A DNA stretch of 63,192 bases, the filler included, from Olpidium bornovanus S191 (taxonomy: Eukaryota > Fungi > Olpidiomycota), in assembly GCA_017911155.1 (NCBI GenBank). It is 29 parts of 29 records of this genome, joined end to end, with 100 filler letters (N's around TTAATTAATTAA, not from the genome) between each part and the next. Parts side by side here need not be neighbours in the genome. Positions count along the whole stretch, not along the records: positions 62,117 to 63,192 come from JAEFCI010004809.1; 28 more parts are not named here. One strand, given 5' to 3'. Under the pieces are notes generated by a model. That model worked only from the letters and a program-made list of their open reading frames with translations. It had not been told where the DNA came from and searched no databases. Below, piece by piece: positions 62,117 through 63,192 of the stretch. Within the stretch, counting starts at the first letter, position 1. Every line of letters begins with the position of its first letter. The translations under genes were made by a program, and so were the position numbers.

Positions 62117-62666
62117 GCAGCTGCTGTCGATCGAGTCCGACACCGCGTCCTACAGCTCGTGGGTGTGCACGGCAATGTAGGCGTTTTCCTTCCACATCAA
62201 GTAGTTTGTCCCGTTAGCATCAAGCTGAACAAAATAGCAGGTTTTGAAGTTAAGCTGTAGGCACTGCTGCCGCCTCCCTTACAATCGCCATTGAAACTGG
62301 CGATTTTAAGGGAGGCCGCAGCAGTAAGGGCTCGTCGAGAACGGGACGGAGCAGCGAACGGATGCCGAGCGGCGAGCGGCGAGCGCCGAAAACGAGATGG
62401 GTTCAGCGAGGAGGACGGCAGGGAGGCAAAACCTCCCTCGACGCTGGCTAATGGCGGCAGGCGGGTGACGCCTCACGACGATGGCGAGCGTTGGGAGGCG
62501 GCTCTCGACGGCTGCAGACAGCGGTAAGGCAGGCAAACCCTCTCGACGACCTCGAACGGCGCATTAAAACTGCGAAAAGCAACGGGAAGCAGCGAACGGC
62601 GACGACGACGGCAGGAGGGGAGGAGGGTCGACGGGAGCGTCGAGAGCAGCCGGGGCTGATAACATG
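62117..62666 (-). mobile_element. Decayed Ty1/copia-like gag N-terminus with GC-rich leader
   Basis: FVQLDANGTNYLMWKENAYIAVHTHEL*DAV resembles the copia gag L..G.NY..W motif; possible degenerate primer site CA-TGTTATCAGCCC at 62666-62653. Confidence 0.5.
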
Positions 62667-63192
62667 TTCGGTTTGATGATTTCTGTTTTAAAAGCGGGGA
62701 AAGAAGGCCGGACCGAAGCCGTCCGTGGATATGCTGCAAAACCTTTTTTCCAATGCTTTTTTTTTTTTTTCGAGCGAGGACTGCTTGCTGTGTGTGGGTC
62801 CCAAGCGGGACGGTGGAAATCGGAAAATTCCGCAGCGAACGCCGCCCGGGTTTTCCCTGGTTACGCCGCCGCTTTCACCCTGCAACAGCAACAGCGGCCC
62901 TGGGGGGGAGGAGGAGGAGGAGGAGGAGGGGATTGCGGCGGCTGCGCCCACCACCCCCCCTGCCAAAACCCCCCAAAATCCCTACGCCCCCGATTTATTC
63001 CCGCCTCGAACCGCCCGCAGCTCCGCCCCTCCAAAGCCTGCACGCTTTTTTTGTCCTCCCCGCAGCTCGTGGCGTCGCGCGCATTTCGACGCAAAACACA
63101 AACCGGGCGTCGGCAAAAAGTCAGGTGGCCGAAGGGCGAGGGAAAGTCGGGGGAAACAGCCGCTTTTTGCGCGTCAGCCCGTAGCCGGCAGC

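Noticed and set aside
1-63192. Gene clusters or operons formed by neighbouring genes (e.g. SSL1-RRP4 divergence, helicase next to the copia end)
   Set aside because: These pairs are separated by artificial spacers. Adjacency holds only within a contig, such as the convergent GLO1/SSL1 pair.
1-63192. rRNA or tRNA genes
   Set aside because: None recognised; the only tRNA-related sequences are the 12-nt primer-binding sites.

Overview
This is not one locus. It is 29 short contigs (about 1-4.7 kb each) of a GC-rich, intron-containing eukaryotic genome, joined by artificial 100-nt spacers (44 N + TTAATTAATTAA + 44 N), so adjacency across spacers means nothing. Gene content and 40-300 nt GT-AG introns point to a fungus, probably an early-diverging one (inference). 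Recognisable, mostly partial, spliced genes: USO1, a Kel1/Tea1-like kelch protein, a DOCK GEF, a GAF-PAS-class III nucleotide cyclase, a WD40 protein, PCM1/AGM1, YME2, TAF12, GLO1, SSL1, RRP4, a formin, TRS23 and an AVT2/SLC38-like transporter. There are also decayed Ty3/gypsy pol fragments and several copia-like 5' ends with very short LTR-like segments and a half-tRNAiMet primer site. The most notable signal is at 48133-51540: a ~1000-codon gene for a UL9/origin-binding-protein-like SF2 helicase, a family typical of herpesviruses and large DNA viruses. It is split by six spliceosomal introns and broken by two frameshifts and two in-frame stops, so it is invisible in the ORF track until spliced by hand. 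All identifications come from motif recognition by eye; no database search was run.
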